In this document: positions 43,494-51,777 of the stretch, piece after piece | How positions within the stretch are numbered: position 1 is the first letter of the stretch | Layout: every line of letters starts with the position of its first letter | Origin: Bacteroidales bacterium | GTDB taxonomy: Bacteria > Bacteroidota > Bacteroidia > Bacteroidales > G3-4614 | Length of the DNA: 64,000 nt | NCBI GenBank assembly: GCA_036656055.1 | Contig: JAVVOY010000003.1 | Span: forward strand, 27,754-91,753 | Direction of reading: 5' to 3' | Made by a program: the position numbers and the translations under genes | Notes under the pieces: model-generated | Seen by the model: the letters and a program-made list of their open reading frames with translations, nothing else | Told to the model about the DNA's origin: nothing | The model's database searches: none

Positions 43494-43559
43494 CTCCGGA
43501 AAAGGTGGTATCAAGGCGGTAAAAACAACATGAGGCGGGTTCGACTCCCGCTCCGGAGA
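43494..43559 (+). ncRNA. tRNA-like acceptor/T-arm minihelix (not a canonical tRNA)
   Basis: CTCCGGA (43494-43500) pairs with TCCGGAG (43552-43558). The T-arm is GCGGG-TTCGACT-CCCGC (43535-43551), with discriminator-like A at 43559. The intervening 34 nt cannot form D and anticodon arms. Confidence 0.3.
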
Positions 43560-43593
43560 CAATAAAGAGATAAAAGAACAAGAAGATATAATA

Positions 43594-45681
43594 ATGCCGG
43601 AGTTTTATACGGACATAAAAAATAACAGGGCGATTTTGGTTGTAAATTACAGCGAGCTTGTACCGAGATTTTATAGCAGTGTAGCGTCTCTGTGCAACGC
43701 TGTAAGGCGCAGCGAGAAGCGAGGTTATGGATTGCGTCGTATAACGAGGGGTCATAATATGGGGGTGGCACAGATTGAGTATGACAGTTTGCCTATGAAT
43801 GTTAGGGAGCAAATGGATGACCCGCGCCGTGAGGTGCAGGCGGTGGAAGGATTTTATAACTATCTGCTTGACGCGGAGCGTTTTTACATGAATTATATGC
43901 TGCCTGATAACAGGCGTATTGCTGCCGATATACAGGTTAAGTATGCGATTAATGCCTCTACCATTGAGGCCGTTTTGGCTCTTAAAGGCGAAAGGGAGAG
44001 GTTGTTTGCCCGCTGCAATAGGCGTCCAAAAAAGCTATGGGAGGGGTTATGTGCTGATGCAATAAGTTTTAAAGAGATACAGCGCAAGCGTTGGCAGCAT
44101 GAGCATACTTTGCCTGAGAATTATCGCCGGTTTAAGGAGGCGTGTGAGGCGTATGAGTGGGCTAAGGATAAGCAGGTAGCTTATGAGTGTCTTATTAGTG
44201 GCAAGCATATTAGTTGTAGTGTGACGGGTGCGCGTAAGGTGGACACCAAAATGTATAGTCTTTTTGAGAGTTTATTTACCGCTAAGGGATATAAGCCTAA
44301 TTACAAGGATGTTTATGATGAGTATATGGCTTTTTTGCGCGGCGAAAAGGAGATTGTGAGCAATGAGACAGGCGAGGTGTTATCGCCTGCAGAATATAAA
44401 GAGGTGAGTCCTGCAACGGTACGTGCTTATTTGACGCGCTGGGAGAGTAAGGCTGCCACGTTGAGGTTGCGCACAGGTGACCGCCAGAAGTTGATGGGCG
44501 AAACTAAGCCTTATCACAGTATGGCGGAAGCTGAGTATGCAGGAAGCTTATTGAGCGTGGATGATCGACAGCCTCCGTTTGAGTATGGTGACGGTAAGCG
44601 TGTGTGGTTTTATCTTGGCTACGACCTTGGTGCTGATTGTTATACGACAATTGTATGGGGCAGGGACAAGAAAGGTATTATACTTGATTTTTACCGCCAG
44701 ATGGTGCGCAATTATGCCGAGTGGGGTTTGTCTCTGCCTGCAGAATTGGAGGCGGAGAGTAACCTGAACGCGAGCTATAAGGAGACATTTTTGCGTGAGG
44801 GTAATATGTTTGAGTTTGTAAGGATTGAGGCTAATAATGCCCGCGGTAAAAAGATTGAGAACAGAAACCGTGCCATGCGTTATGGTGACGAGAGACGCAG
44901 CGAAGGGTGGATTGCTCGTCCGTTTGCAGGTAGTGAGGCTAACCGTGCGGGGGTGGAGAGGGTTACAGTTTTGCCGTTTGACACTATTGTGGAGCAGACT
45001 TTGCGAAGGTATGAGAAATGGAATAATGACCGCCACCCGCGACATACAGAGATGTCGCGCTGGGAGTTTTTTATGAAGCGACAGAACCCGAATTTAAAGC
45101 CCATTAATTGGTTTGGTATTATACCGTTTCTGGGTATTAAAGTAAAGAGTAGTTGTCACACCGGTATTGTAAGATTGTGTAACAGTGAGTGTTTATTGGG
45201 TATTGACGGTAGGGTTGCAGTTGGTGAGGAGCTTATTGGATTGATGAAGTTAGTAGAGGGCGAGGAATTGACGGTGAGGTATTTGGATGGCAACGACGGT
45301 AAGGTGCTAAAGGCATTTGCTTATATGGGAGAACAGTTTGTTTGCGAGTTGGTACAGAAGCCTATTTACTCTCGCGCAAGGGTTGAGCAGACTGCCGGCG
45401 ATATTGCTAACCGTGAGGTAATGAGTAAGTATGTTGCCACTATTGAGGGGTATGGCAACCGTAGGAAAAAGGGTATTGAGAAGGTTACTGTTATTGAGGG
45501 GGAGAGAAAGAGCGAATACGTAAGCCCTGAATATAGGTTTTTTACCCCGCAAACAGGTGTAACACCAACGGTGGAGAGTGCTACCAACAGTGTCTTTGCA
45601 GAGATTTTACCGGAGGCAACGGACGAGGATTTAAAGGGCGATAAAAGGTCGTTTAAACGGAGTTTTGCAGAAACGTTTTAG
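43594..45681 (+). CDS. Mu A-like DDE transposase
   Basis: 695 aa, comparable to MuA. LLSVDDRQ and IEANNARGKKIENRNRAMRY resemble the integrase-core D and GKIER-type E contexts. It is followed directly by an AAA+ MuB-like gene. Confidence 0.75.
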   Translation: MPEFYTDIKNNRAILVVNYSELVPRFYSSVASLCNAVRRSEKRGYGLRRITRGHNMGVAQIEYDSLPMNVREQMDDPRREVQAVEGFYNYLLDAERFYMNYMLPDNRRIAADIQVKYAINASTIEAVLALKGERERLFARCNRRPKKLWEGLCADAISFKEIQRKRWQHEHTLPENYRRFKEACEAYEWAKDKQVAYECLISGKHISCSVTGARKVDTKMYSLFESLFTAKGYKPNYKDVYDEYMAFLRGEKEIVSNETGEVLSPAEYKEVSPATVRAYLTRWESKAATLRLRTGDRQKLMGETKPYHSMAEAEYAGSLLSVDDRQPPFEYGDGKRVWFYLGYDLGADCYTTIVWGRDKKGIILDFYRQMVRNYAEWGLSLPAELEAESNLNASYKETFLREGNMFEFVRIEANNARGKKIENRNRAMRYGDERRSEGWIARPFAGSEANRAGVERVTVLPFDTIVEQTLRRYEKWNNDRHPRHTEMSRWEFFMKRQNPNLKPINWFGIIPFLGIKVKSSCHTGIVRLCNSECLLGIDGRVAVGEELIGLMKLVEGEELTVRYLDGNDGKVLKAFAYMGEQFVCELVQKPIYSRARVEQTAGDIANREVMSKYVATIEGYGNRRKKGIEKVTVIEGERKSEYVSPEYRFFTPQTGVTPTVESATNSVFAEILPEATDEDLKGDKRSFKRSFAETF

Positions 45682-45710
45682 TATGGATATTATTATATAA
45701 TTATAGAGAA

Positions 45711-46610
45711 ATGAATACTACTAAGGAGTTTAAGGAGAAGGTAACAGAGGCTTTGCTAAGGGTAAGGCAGATGTTTGACGGCAGTGATGCTATGTTTGCC
45801 AAACAGCAGGGGTTGAGTGCTGCGGTATTCTCGCGCCTGAAGGGTGGCGAAACGGAGCGGATTATAAGTGAGGCGCAGTGGCTGAATATTGGCAGGCGTT
45901 TAGGTGTTACGATGTGCGAGAGGCGGTGGAATATAGCGAGGACGGATGTTTTTAACACAATAGAGGAGGAGGTTTTGTTTTGCGCAGAGAACAGCAAAGC
46001 CCGTATATTTATCGACGACTGCGGTATTGGTAAGACGTTTACGGCTAAGTATATGAGCCGTAATGTTAAGAACTGTTTTTATATAGATGCGAGCCAATGT
46101 AAAACGAAGAATAAGTTTATACGCTTGTTGGCGCGCACACTTGGTGTTGACGGCAACGGTACGTTAACAGATGTATTGGAGGGGATAAAGTATTATTTGA
46201 CTACTCTGCCGCGTCCGGTGGTGATAATTGATGAGGCGGGGGATATGGAGTATTCTGCTTTTTTGGAGATAAAAGCCTTATGGAACGCTACGGAGGGCGT
46301 GTGTGGGTGGTATATGATTGGCGCGGACGGCTTGGCTGCTAAGATAGAGAGGGGTATTGTTGGCCGTAAGGTTGGTTTTAGGGAGATTTTTAGCCGTTTT
46401 AGTGAGAAATATAGTAAGGTTACGCCTGTGGATAAACAGGAGCGTAAACAGTTTTACAGGAAGTTAATTGGTGATGTATTGGCTGCCAACACTGTGGATA
46501 AGGAGTTGATACCTGAGATTGTTAACAAATGCCTTATACAGGTAGACGGTAATATTGGTGGCTTGAGACGCGCAGAGTCTCTGTTGTTGTTAATGAGGGG
46601 GGGCATATAA
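45711..46610 (+). CDS. MuB-like AAA+ ATPase (transposition target-capture protein)
   Basis: Walker A FIDDCGIGKTFTAKY and Walker B VVIIDEAGD, an N-terminal HTH-like region, and position immediately after the transposase. Confidence 0.7.
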   Translation: MNTTKEFKEKVTEALLRVRQMFDGSDAMFAKQQGLSAAVFSRLKGGETERIISEAQWLNIGRRLGVTMCERRWNIARTDVFNTIEEEVLFCAENSKARIFIDDCGIGKTFTAKYMSRNVKNCFYIDASQCKTKNKFIRLLARTLGVDGNGTLTDVLEGIKYYLTTLPRPVVIIDEAGDMEYSAFLEIKALWNATEGVCGWYMIGADGLAAKIERGIVGRKVGFREIFSRFSEKYSKVTPVDKQERKQFYRKLIGDVLAANTVDKELIPEIVNKCLIQVDGNIGGLRRAESLLLLMRGGI

Positions 46611-47278
46611 TGGGTAAGCTAAAGTCTATATCTATAAGTAATTTGTATAGCAAGAGATTTGCTGCTATGCCTCTTGCTACAGGTGTGTTTGGAGATGTGC
46701 TTGGTTGTGGTACGGATGCTATTCCTAAGGGGGGAGTGTGGCTTATACACGGGGACGAAAAACAGGGTAAAACAACGCTGTGTTTGTTGTTGGCTAACTA
46801 TTTGGCGCAGAGTAATAAGGTGGTTTATATACAGGCGGAGCAGAGTTGCAACGTGTTTGATATTGACAAGATTTTTGTTGAGGCGATGCAGCGGGTTGGT
46901 ATAGGTAGTGATAAGAGGTCTTTGTCTTTTTTTGGAGATATTACCCCCGCTGAATTGACGGAGGTATTGGGGCGCAAACGGTCTGCTGATATTGTTTTTA
47001 TTGATAATATAACGTTTGCCGAGTGGGTAGATACGCGGTTGGTGAGGGGACTTACTAAGAGGTTTCCGCGCAAGACGTTTGTTTACGTGGCGCATAACGA
47101 CCGAAATGGCGACCCTAACGGCACCACCGGCAAGGCGATTAAACGGCTTGCTAATACGGTGTTTGTTGTTGATGCTTTGCGCTGTAAGGTTTTTGGGCGT
47201 GGCAGCTGGGGTGGCACGGTTAATATTGACGCACAGGCGGGGCGTGTGATGTATGGTGGTGAGGGTATTAATGATTAA
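46610..47278 (+). CDS. RecA/KaiC-fold P-loop NTPase (function unknown)
   Basis: Walker A GDEKQGKTT and Walker B-like IVFIDNITF. ATG overlaps the upstream TAA. Confidence 0.5.
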   Translation: MGKLKSISISNLYSKRFAAMPLATGVFGDVLGCGTDAIPKGGVWLIHGDEKQGKTTLCLLLANYLAQSNKVVYIQAEQSCNVFDIDKIFVEAMQRVGIGSDKRSLSFFGDITPAELTEVLGRKRSADIVFIDNITFAEWVDTRLVRGLTKRFPRKTFVYVAHNDRNGDPNGTTGKAIKRLANTVFVVDALRCKVFGRGSWGGTVNIDAQAGRVMYGGEGIND

Positions 47279-47289
47279 TTATAGGTGTT

Positions 47290-47724
47290 ATGGAGACAAC
47301 GATTAATAAGAGGGCGCAGCTGCTACGCAGGGTGCATGTGTTGTTTGGCAACCTTGCAATGGGTGAGAGTGACAGGCTTGCGGTTTTGGGTGGCTATGGG
47401 GTGGTGAGTTGCCGTGAGCTTACGGATGTGGCTCTGTTGGATTTGTGTGTGCTACTGGGTATGTTGGATAGGGGTAGGCGCACGGAGGTGGATTTGTGGC
47501 GTAAGCGCGTTATGGCAGCGATTGGCGGGTTGTTGCGCGAGGAAGGGAGAGAATGCAGTGCGAGGGTTATTATCTCTATTGCCTGCCGTGCGGCGGGGGT
47601 ACAGGATTTTAATCGTATAGGGGTTGACCGCTTAAGGAGCCTTTATAATGCGTTTACTAAGCGCGGGCGCGACCTGCGTGAGGTATCGGCGGTTATGGAG
47701 GAGGTATTGATGGGTATGCTGTAA
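47290..47724 (+). CDS. GemA/Mu gp16-like regulatory protein (DUF1018-like)
   Basis: The pattern KRAQLLRRVHVLFGNLAM...LGGYGVVSCRELTDVALLDL matches my recollection of the gp16 family. Confidence 0.45.
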   Translation: METTINKRAQLLRRVHVLFGNLAMGESDRLAVLGGYGVVSCRELTDVALLDLCVLLGMLDRGRRTEVDLWRKRVMAAIGGLLREEGRECSARVIISIACRAAGVQDFNRIGVDRLRSLYNAFTKRGRDLREVSAVMEEVLMGML

Positions 47725-47776
47725 TTACTAAGAGTACGGAGTAGTGAGATTGTTTAATTTTATAAAAAACAGGGTT

Positions 47777-48469
47777 ATGGAGAATGTTAAGACGGTGACA
47801 ATGACGACTGAGGAGGCTGAGGCTTTTGAGGTGTTTAAACGGAGTGAGGTGGAGCGACGTGAGGCTGAGCGTGTTAGGTGTGAAAGGGAGCGTTACCGCG
47901 AGATTGTGGACGAGGCAATAGGCAGCGCATTACCGCGCCTTACCGGGCTTAGTGAGGCGATTGCGCGGACAAAGAGCGCGGTGATGGGTGAGTTTATGGC
48001 TGCCTTGGAGCTTAAGGGTGGTTTGTATGGGGTGCGTAGTGATCAGCAGTCGCACACGTTTACGAATAGTGCGGGGACGGCGCGGGTGATGATTGGGCAG
48101 TATTATAATGATGATTATAGGGATACGGTGAGTGAGGGTATTGAGATTGTTAAGGGGTATATTGAGAGCTTGGCTAAGGATGACAACAGCCGTGCGCTTG
48201 TGGGGGCGGTGTTGCGCCTGCTGGCGCGTGATGCTAAGGGCACGCTTAAGGCGAGCCGTGTGTTGCAGCTGCGCAAGATGGCTGAAGAGACGGGCGATGT
48301 GCGTTTTTTGGAGGGGGTGAGGATTATTGAGGAGAGTTACCGCCCAACGGCGTCGCGCCGTTTTATACGCGCGGAGATTAAGGGTAAGGATGGCGGATGG
48401 GTGAGTGTGCCGCTGAGTGTGACGGATGTAAGGGAGACGGCAGAGGTTGATAAGCCGGTTGAGGTATGA
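47777..48469 (+). CDS. DUF3164-like Mu-type early protein
   Basis: The C-terminal pattern ...ARDAKGTLKASRVLQLRKM...FIRAEIKGKDGGWVSVPLSVTDV parallels DUF3164 proteins of Mu-like phages as recalled. Start at ATG 47777, because the track start is a GTG. Confidence 0.45.
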   Translation: MENVKTVTMTTEEAEAFEVFKRSEVERREAERVRCERERYREIVDEAIGSALPRLTGLSEAIARTKSAVMGEFMAALELKGGLYGVRSDQQSHTFTNSAGTARVMIGQYYNDDYRDTVSEGIEIVKGYIESLAKDDNSRALVGAVLRLLARDAKGTLKASRVLQLRKMAEETGDVRFLEGVRIIEESYRPTASRRFIRAEIKGKDGGWVSVPLSVTDVRETAEVDKPVEV

Positions 48470-48717
48470 TACGTAAAGAATGGGAGCATAGGCATATTGA
48501 GTTATGTGGTATCTGCAATGGTGCCGGAATCCTCTATCTGTACGATGAGATGGATATCATTCGCCAAAGAGAGGCAAAAGAGGCTGTTTGCCAGTACTGT
48601 AATGGCACCGGCAGGGTGCTTAAAAGCAAAGAGATTGTCATCGAGGTAGAGCCTTTTGATGTTGACAAGTCTAAGCGCGCGGGGCTTGTTAAGAACCGCT
48701 GGGAGGATAAGGTGTAG
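48466..48717 (+). CDS. small DnaJ-type zinc-finger protein
   Basis: Two CxxCxGxG motifs, CGICNGAG and CQYCNGTG. ATGA overlap with the upstream gene. Confidence 0.55.
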   Translation: MIRKEWEHRHIELCGICNGAGILYLYDEMDIIRQREAKEAVCQYCNGTGRVLKSKEIVIEVEPFDVDKSKRAGLVKNRWEDKV

Positions 48718-48927
48718 ATACCGGCGAAAAGGACGACAGGTATAAGGTGTTACTGGGTTTAATATTGTGTAATTGGGTGGGTATTTGTGGATATGTATTA
48801 TAGAAAAGGGGATCAAATCAGCGAATTACAGCAATATGCTATAATAAAAAAGAAGATGTCTAAAGTTGAAGCCGAAAAATACACATCACCAAAGCCATAA
48901 AATAAAAAATGTCTTAACACTGTTTAG

Positions 48928-48962
48928 AAACGACAGTAATTTAAGTGATTACAGTCGTTTTT
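48928..48962 (+). terminator. rho-independent terminator closing the early operon
   Basis: AAACGACAGTAAT / ATTACAGTCGTTT (13-bp stem, one mismatch) followed by a T-run. Confidence 0.65.
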
Positions 48963-49043
48963 CTTGTTATGTAATTTGGAAATTACTATTTTTGCACTAT
49001 GCAACCGAGTTTATTTAATTGATTTTGTATAAAAAACATAGAT

Positions 49044-49283
49044 ATGGCCTATAATCGAGAAAACCTACTGAAGCGAGTAGTAGAGATACAAGATATTGTA
49101 TTAGAATACAAACTAAGAGATGTGCCACAGCGTGTGATATATACTAAATATATCGCCGATCGCTACCATATATCTTATTCTTGTTTCAATAGGTATCTTG
49201 CTTTGCCTGCAAAAATTATGCTTAAGTGCCTGCAACCGGCTAAAGCCGAACAGTCGCAACAACTTAAATTATTTGACAAATGA
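49044..49283 (+). CDS. small HTH-like protein (candidate middle/late regulator by position)
   Basis: 79 aa with the segment VPQRVIYTKYIADRYHISYSCFNRYLA. Preceded by a TATTTTTG box at 48987-48994. Confidence 0.35.
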   Translation: MAYNRENLLKRVVEIQDIVLEYKLRDVPQRVIYTKYIADRYHISYSCFNRYLALPAKIMLKCLQPAKAEQSQQLKLFDK

Positions 49284-49774
49284 GAAAGCAACTTTATTTA
49301 GATATTAAGGAGCGGTTAAAAACCGCCGAGACAGCTGTTGGCGAGCCGTTGTTTCGGCATTTTGACCTATGGAATCAACAGGTGGAATTTATTGAGGCCG
49401 AGACACCTTTTGTTTGCCCAGCCGTGTTTGTTGAGTTCGATCGCATAGATTGGCGTACACTTGGCAATTGTGTACAGGAGTGCACACTGCGAGTACGGTT
49501 ACATATAGTTACAGAGTGGTATTCTGACACGGCCGATTATTCCCCGACCGAAGATCAGGCTTTGGAGTACTTGGATATTATCGACCGAGCGGTGGCTGTT
49601 TTGCAAGGGTTTAATACCTCTTATATGACCGGATGGCAGCGATCAGCCTCTATAACCAACCACGACCACGAGCGGTTCGTCGACAGCGTAGAGGAGTATG
49701 TCTGCATGCTTCGCGATACATCAGCTTGTCGCTCCTATATACCCGTCGAGGTGCGACCGGTTGTTACCATATAA
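49280..49774 (+). CDS. putative head-tail connector/neck protein (Mu gp37-like pattern)
   Basis: 164 aa. CPAVFVEF...TLRVRLHIV...LDIIDRAVAVLQG resembles the gp37/DUF1834-type pattern as recalled. Weak call. Confidence 0.3.
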   Translation: MRKQLYLDIKERLKTAETAVGEPLFRHFDLWNQQVEFIEAETPFVCPAVFVEFDRIDWRTLGNCVQECTLRVRLHIVTEWYSDTADYSPTEDQALEYLDIIDRAVAVLQGFNTSYMTGWQRSASITNHDHERFVDSVEEYVCMLRDTSACRSYIPVEVRPVVTI

Positions 49775-49790
49775 CACCGAGCAAGAGCTA

Positions 49791-49836
49791 AAGAGAGACC
49801 GCCAGATATATACGGACCTATCTGACGGTCTCTCTT
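49791..49836. terminator. long bidirectional hairpin between convergent units
   Basis: AAGAGAGACCG-c-CAGATA ... TATCTG-a-CGGTCTCTCTT (11 + 6 bp). Confidence 0.7.
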
Positions 49837-49853
49837 GTATAAACGGATAAATA

Positions 49854-50300
49854 TTATTCTAAGGCTTTGTTTATCTCGTCTTCGATAATATGTGCAACTT
49901 TTTTTGTCAATTCGTGGCTCTCTCCGATAAACTGACGTTTGGGCATGATAAATCCCTTGCCTCTGCCGGCACGCAGACCCTCGTTATGTACACGGGCATA
50001 TGGAGTATTGTTGGTAATAGTTACTTTGCGTGGCTCTGCTTTGTAGTTAATAGCAGAGTAGAGGTGCCGACGACTACTTAATAGTGTGCCGTATTGTCCG
50101 TCCGCCCCCTTGGCTGTACCTATGCGTTTAGAGCGTTTCCAAGGGTGCAGCCCTCCGTCGACAAAACCCCCTTTGCGAAAATTGTCCTGAAAGTGGTTTT
50201 TTGCCTCCTGCCCGGCTTTTACCGGTATTACTCGGACTACGGCTCGCTCTATCTTATCGACGCTTTGATGCAGTCTGTCTCTCCATTGTTCCGGTGTCAT
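49854..50300 (-). CDS. phage virion morphogenesis protein (Mu gpG-like)
   Basis: 148 aa: NFRKGGF...PWK...YARVHNEGLRAGRGKGFIMPKRQFIG, typical of the gpG/tail-completion family. Confidence 0.65.
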   Translation of the reverse strand: MTPEQWRDRLHQSVDKIERAVVRVIPVKAGQEAKNHFQDNFRKGGFVDGGLHPWKRSKRIGTAKGADGQYGTLLSSRRHLYSAINYKAEPRKVTITNNTPYARVHNEGLRAGRGKGFIMPKRQFIGESHELTKKVAHIIEDEINKALE

Positions 50301-50440
50301 TTTTTTTGGTGTTTTGTTTGGTGAATGAATTATTAAATGTATATTTGCCTCCGATTCCGAGTCTATCGGAAGGTGGATGTCCGCTTCGGCGCACTTCTAC
50401 AGCCCTCGCCTCAATAGTCCTACTATTGGGGCGTTGATAT

Positions 50441-51769
50441 TTAAAACTCATATATTTTATCCTCCTTTCCTGTAATAAAATATTTGCCGTGAACTTTTTC
50501 GCCAATTAGGTTTTTTACCTCTTTTGCAAACTTTGCATCCCATTTGTCGAACTGAAACAGCACGATTTTAGCACCTTGTTGTCTGGTGGCGTGTTTACTG
50601 TATTTTACTATATTCTGATAGCTATCTGTACGCTTTAAGTCTGCTTTTATGCCGTTACATAATACATCGGCAGATGATATTCTCGCCACTTCGCCGAGAT
50701 GTACTATTTTGTTACCGGCCTTGGCGAAGGTTATACACATGGCTTTTTCTTTGGCGTATTTGGCACTCTCTTGTTTGTTGACTTTTGCCGATACAAGACG
50801 CTCGTTCTCGGTTACCACGTACCCGCCCGTCTCTTTGCAGAAGTATATTTTTTTGTATGCATCTGGGTTATAGGCATCATACTCTTGCTTGGCGTTGGTT
50901 GTTATGTGTTGCTCTATCGCCTTATTCGCCTTTTTGCACCGGTAGCAGTTCTTTTGCTTGCCGGCAAGCGTAGCATATAAAGCAGATAATTTGTTTCCAA
51001 CAAAAGGACACGTGCCGCACGATGCAGGAAAATAAGCGTGCTTGTCGGAGAACAGCTGTCCGTCTTGTCCCGGATTGTTTTCGAGTCCGCGTGCAGGCAT
51101 GTCTTTTACGCCCCCTGTCGGTATCTGCGTAGGCTCTTTGTCGGTGTTTCGTAGAGAGCATTTGCAGTTCCACCTGTCAACGGGCTTGTGCTGATTCCAA
51201 AATGGGTGGTCTATGGGTAGCACCGTCCCCCAAAATGGTCGGTGGTCTTCCCCCGGATTGGCAGATGTGCTGCGTATCCACTCTAAGTTAGGCAATATGT
51301 CTTTTTCCGCCTCAAATTGTTGCCAATCGGCAGCATTATGAGCACGCACAACAGCTGTGTCGTATTCTGTGCGCAGCCAGCGGCGGTTGTGGTGATCTGT
51401 GTACTGTATTGCCTCCTTGGCAAATTGGGCAAACGATTTAAGGTTGCCCTCTCTGTCCGTCATCAGAGCGGCTATGTCGTTTTGCATGCGATGCGTACGA
51501 AAAGCGGCAAAGACATCATTGTTGTTTTTGAGAGCCTGCATAAACCCCTCTGTCGGCATCGGAGTATCTCCATCTACCGCATCGGACAACCCTGTGGCAG
51601 TTGCAAGATTAAACACCCTTACGGTCTCACGCCATAATTCGGGTTCTATCTCTTTTTTTACGTTTACTGTTTTGCGGTATATATTGTTAAGAGCAGCCGT
51701 GAGTATCTCGTCTGATATATATATGTCGCGCGAGGCAGCATTTAAGTCGGCACGTGGATATAACTCCAT
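50441..51769 (-). CDS. MuF-like minor head protein with 235-aa C-terminal extension
   Basis: The N-terminal ~207 aa end in WNCKCS, the closing motif of SPP1 gp7/Mu F domains as recalled. These are followed by CGTC...CYRC and an additional domain. Confidence 0.7.
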   Translation of the reverse strand: MELYPRADLNAASRDIYISDEILTAALNNIYRKTVNVKKEIEPELWRETVRVFNLATATGLSDAVDGDTPMPTEGFMQALKNNNDVFAAFRTHRMQNDIAALMTDREGNLKSFAQFAKEAIQYTDHHNRRWLRTEYDTAVVRAHNAADWQQFEAEKDILPNLEWIRSTSANPGEDHRPFWGTVLPIDHPFWNQHKPVDRWNCKCSLRNTDKEPTQIPTGGVKDMPARGLENNPGQDGQLFSDKHAYFPASCGTCPFVGNKLSALYATLAGKQKNCYRCKKANKAIEQHITTNAKQEYDAYNPDAYKKIYFCKETGGYVVTENERLVSAKVNKQESAKYAKEKAMCITFAKAGNKIVHLGEVARISSADVLCNGIKADLKRTDSYQNIVKYSKHATRQQGAKIVLFQFDKWDAKFAKEVKNLIGEKVHGKYFITGKEDKIYEF

Positions 51770-51777
51770 GCCCCGAT

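Noticed and set aside
43494-43559. Interpretation as a genuine tRNA gene or as a tRNA-derived integrase att site
   Set aside because: It is 65 nt long with no D or anticodon arms, begins with a C1:G72 pair and lacks CCA. The element uses a transposase rather than an integrase, so a tRNA att site is not expected. It is kept only as a tRNA-like structure of unknown status.
43345-43812. 155-aa minus-strand ORF spanning the transposase leader
   Set aside because: It overlaps the ends of two co-oriented plus-strand genes and has no recognisable motifs. Its openness is probably a by-product of the local composition.
48793-48900. 35-codon ORF (MYYRKGDQISELQQYAIIKKKMSKVEAEKYTSPKP) just before the early-operon terminator
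   Set aside because: It is too short and unsupported. It may be real, but nothing in the sequence distinguishes it from chance.
50254-50505. 83-aa minus-strand ORF bridging the MuF-gpG gap
   Set aside because: It overlaps the MuF 3-prime end and 46 nt of the gpG 5-prime end in other frames. Its sequence is low-complexity and basic, with no motif support.
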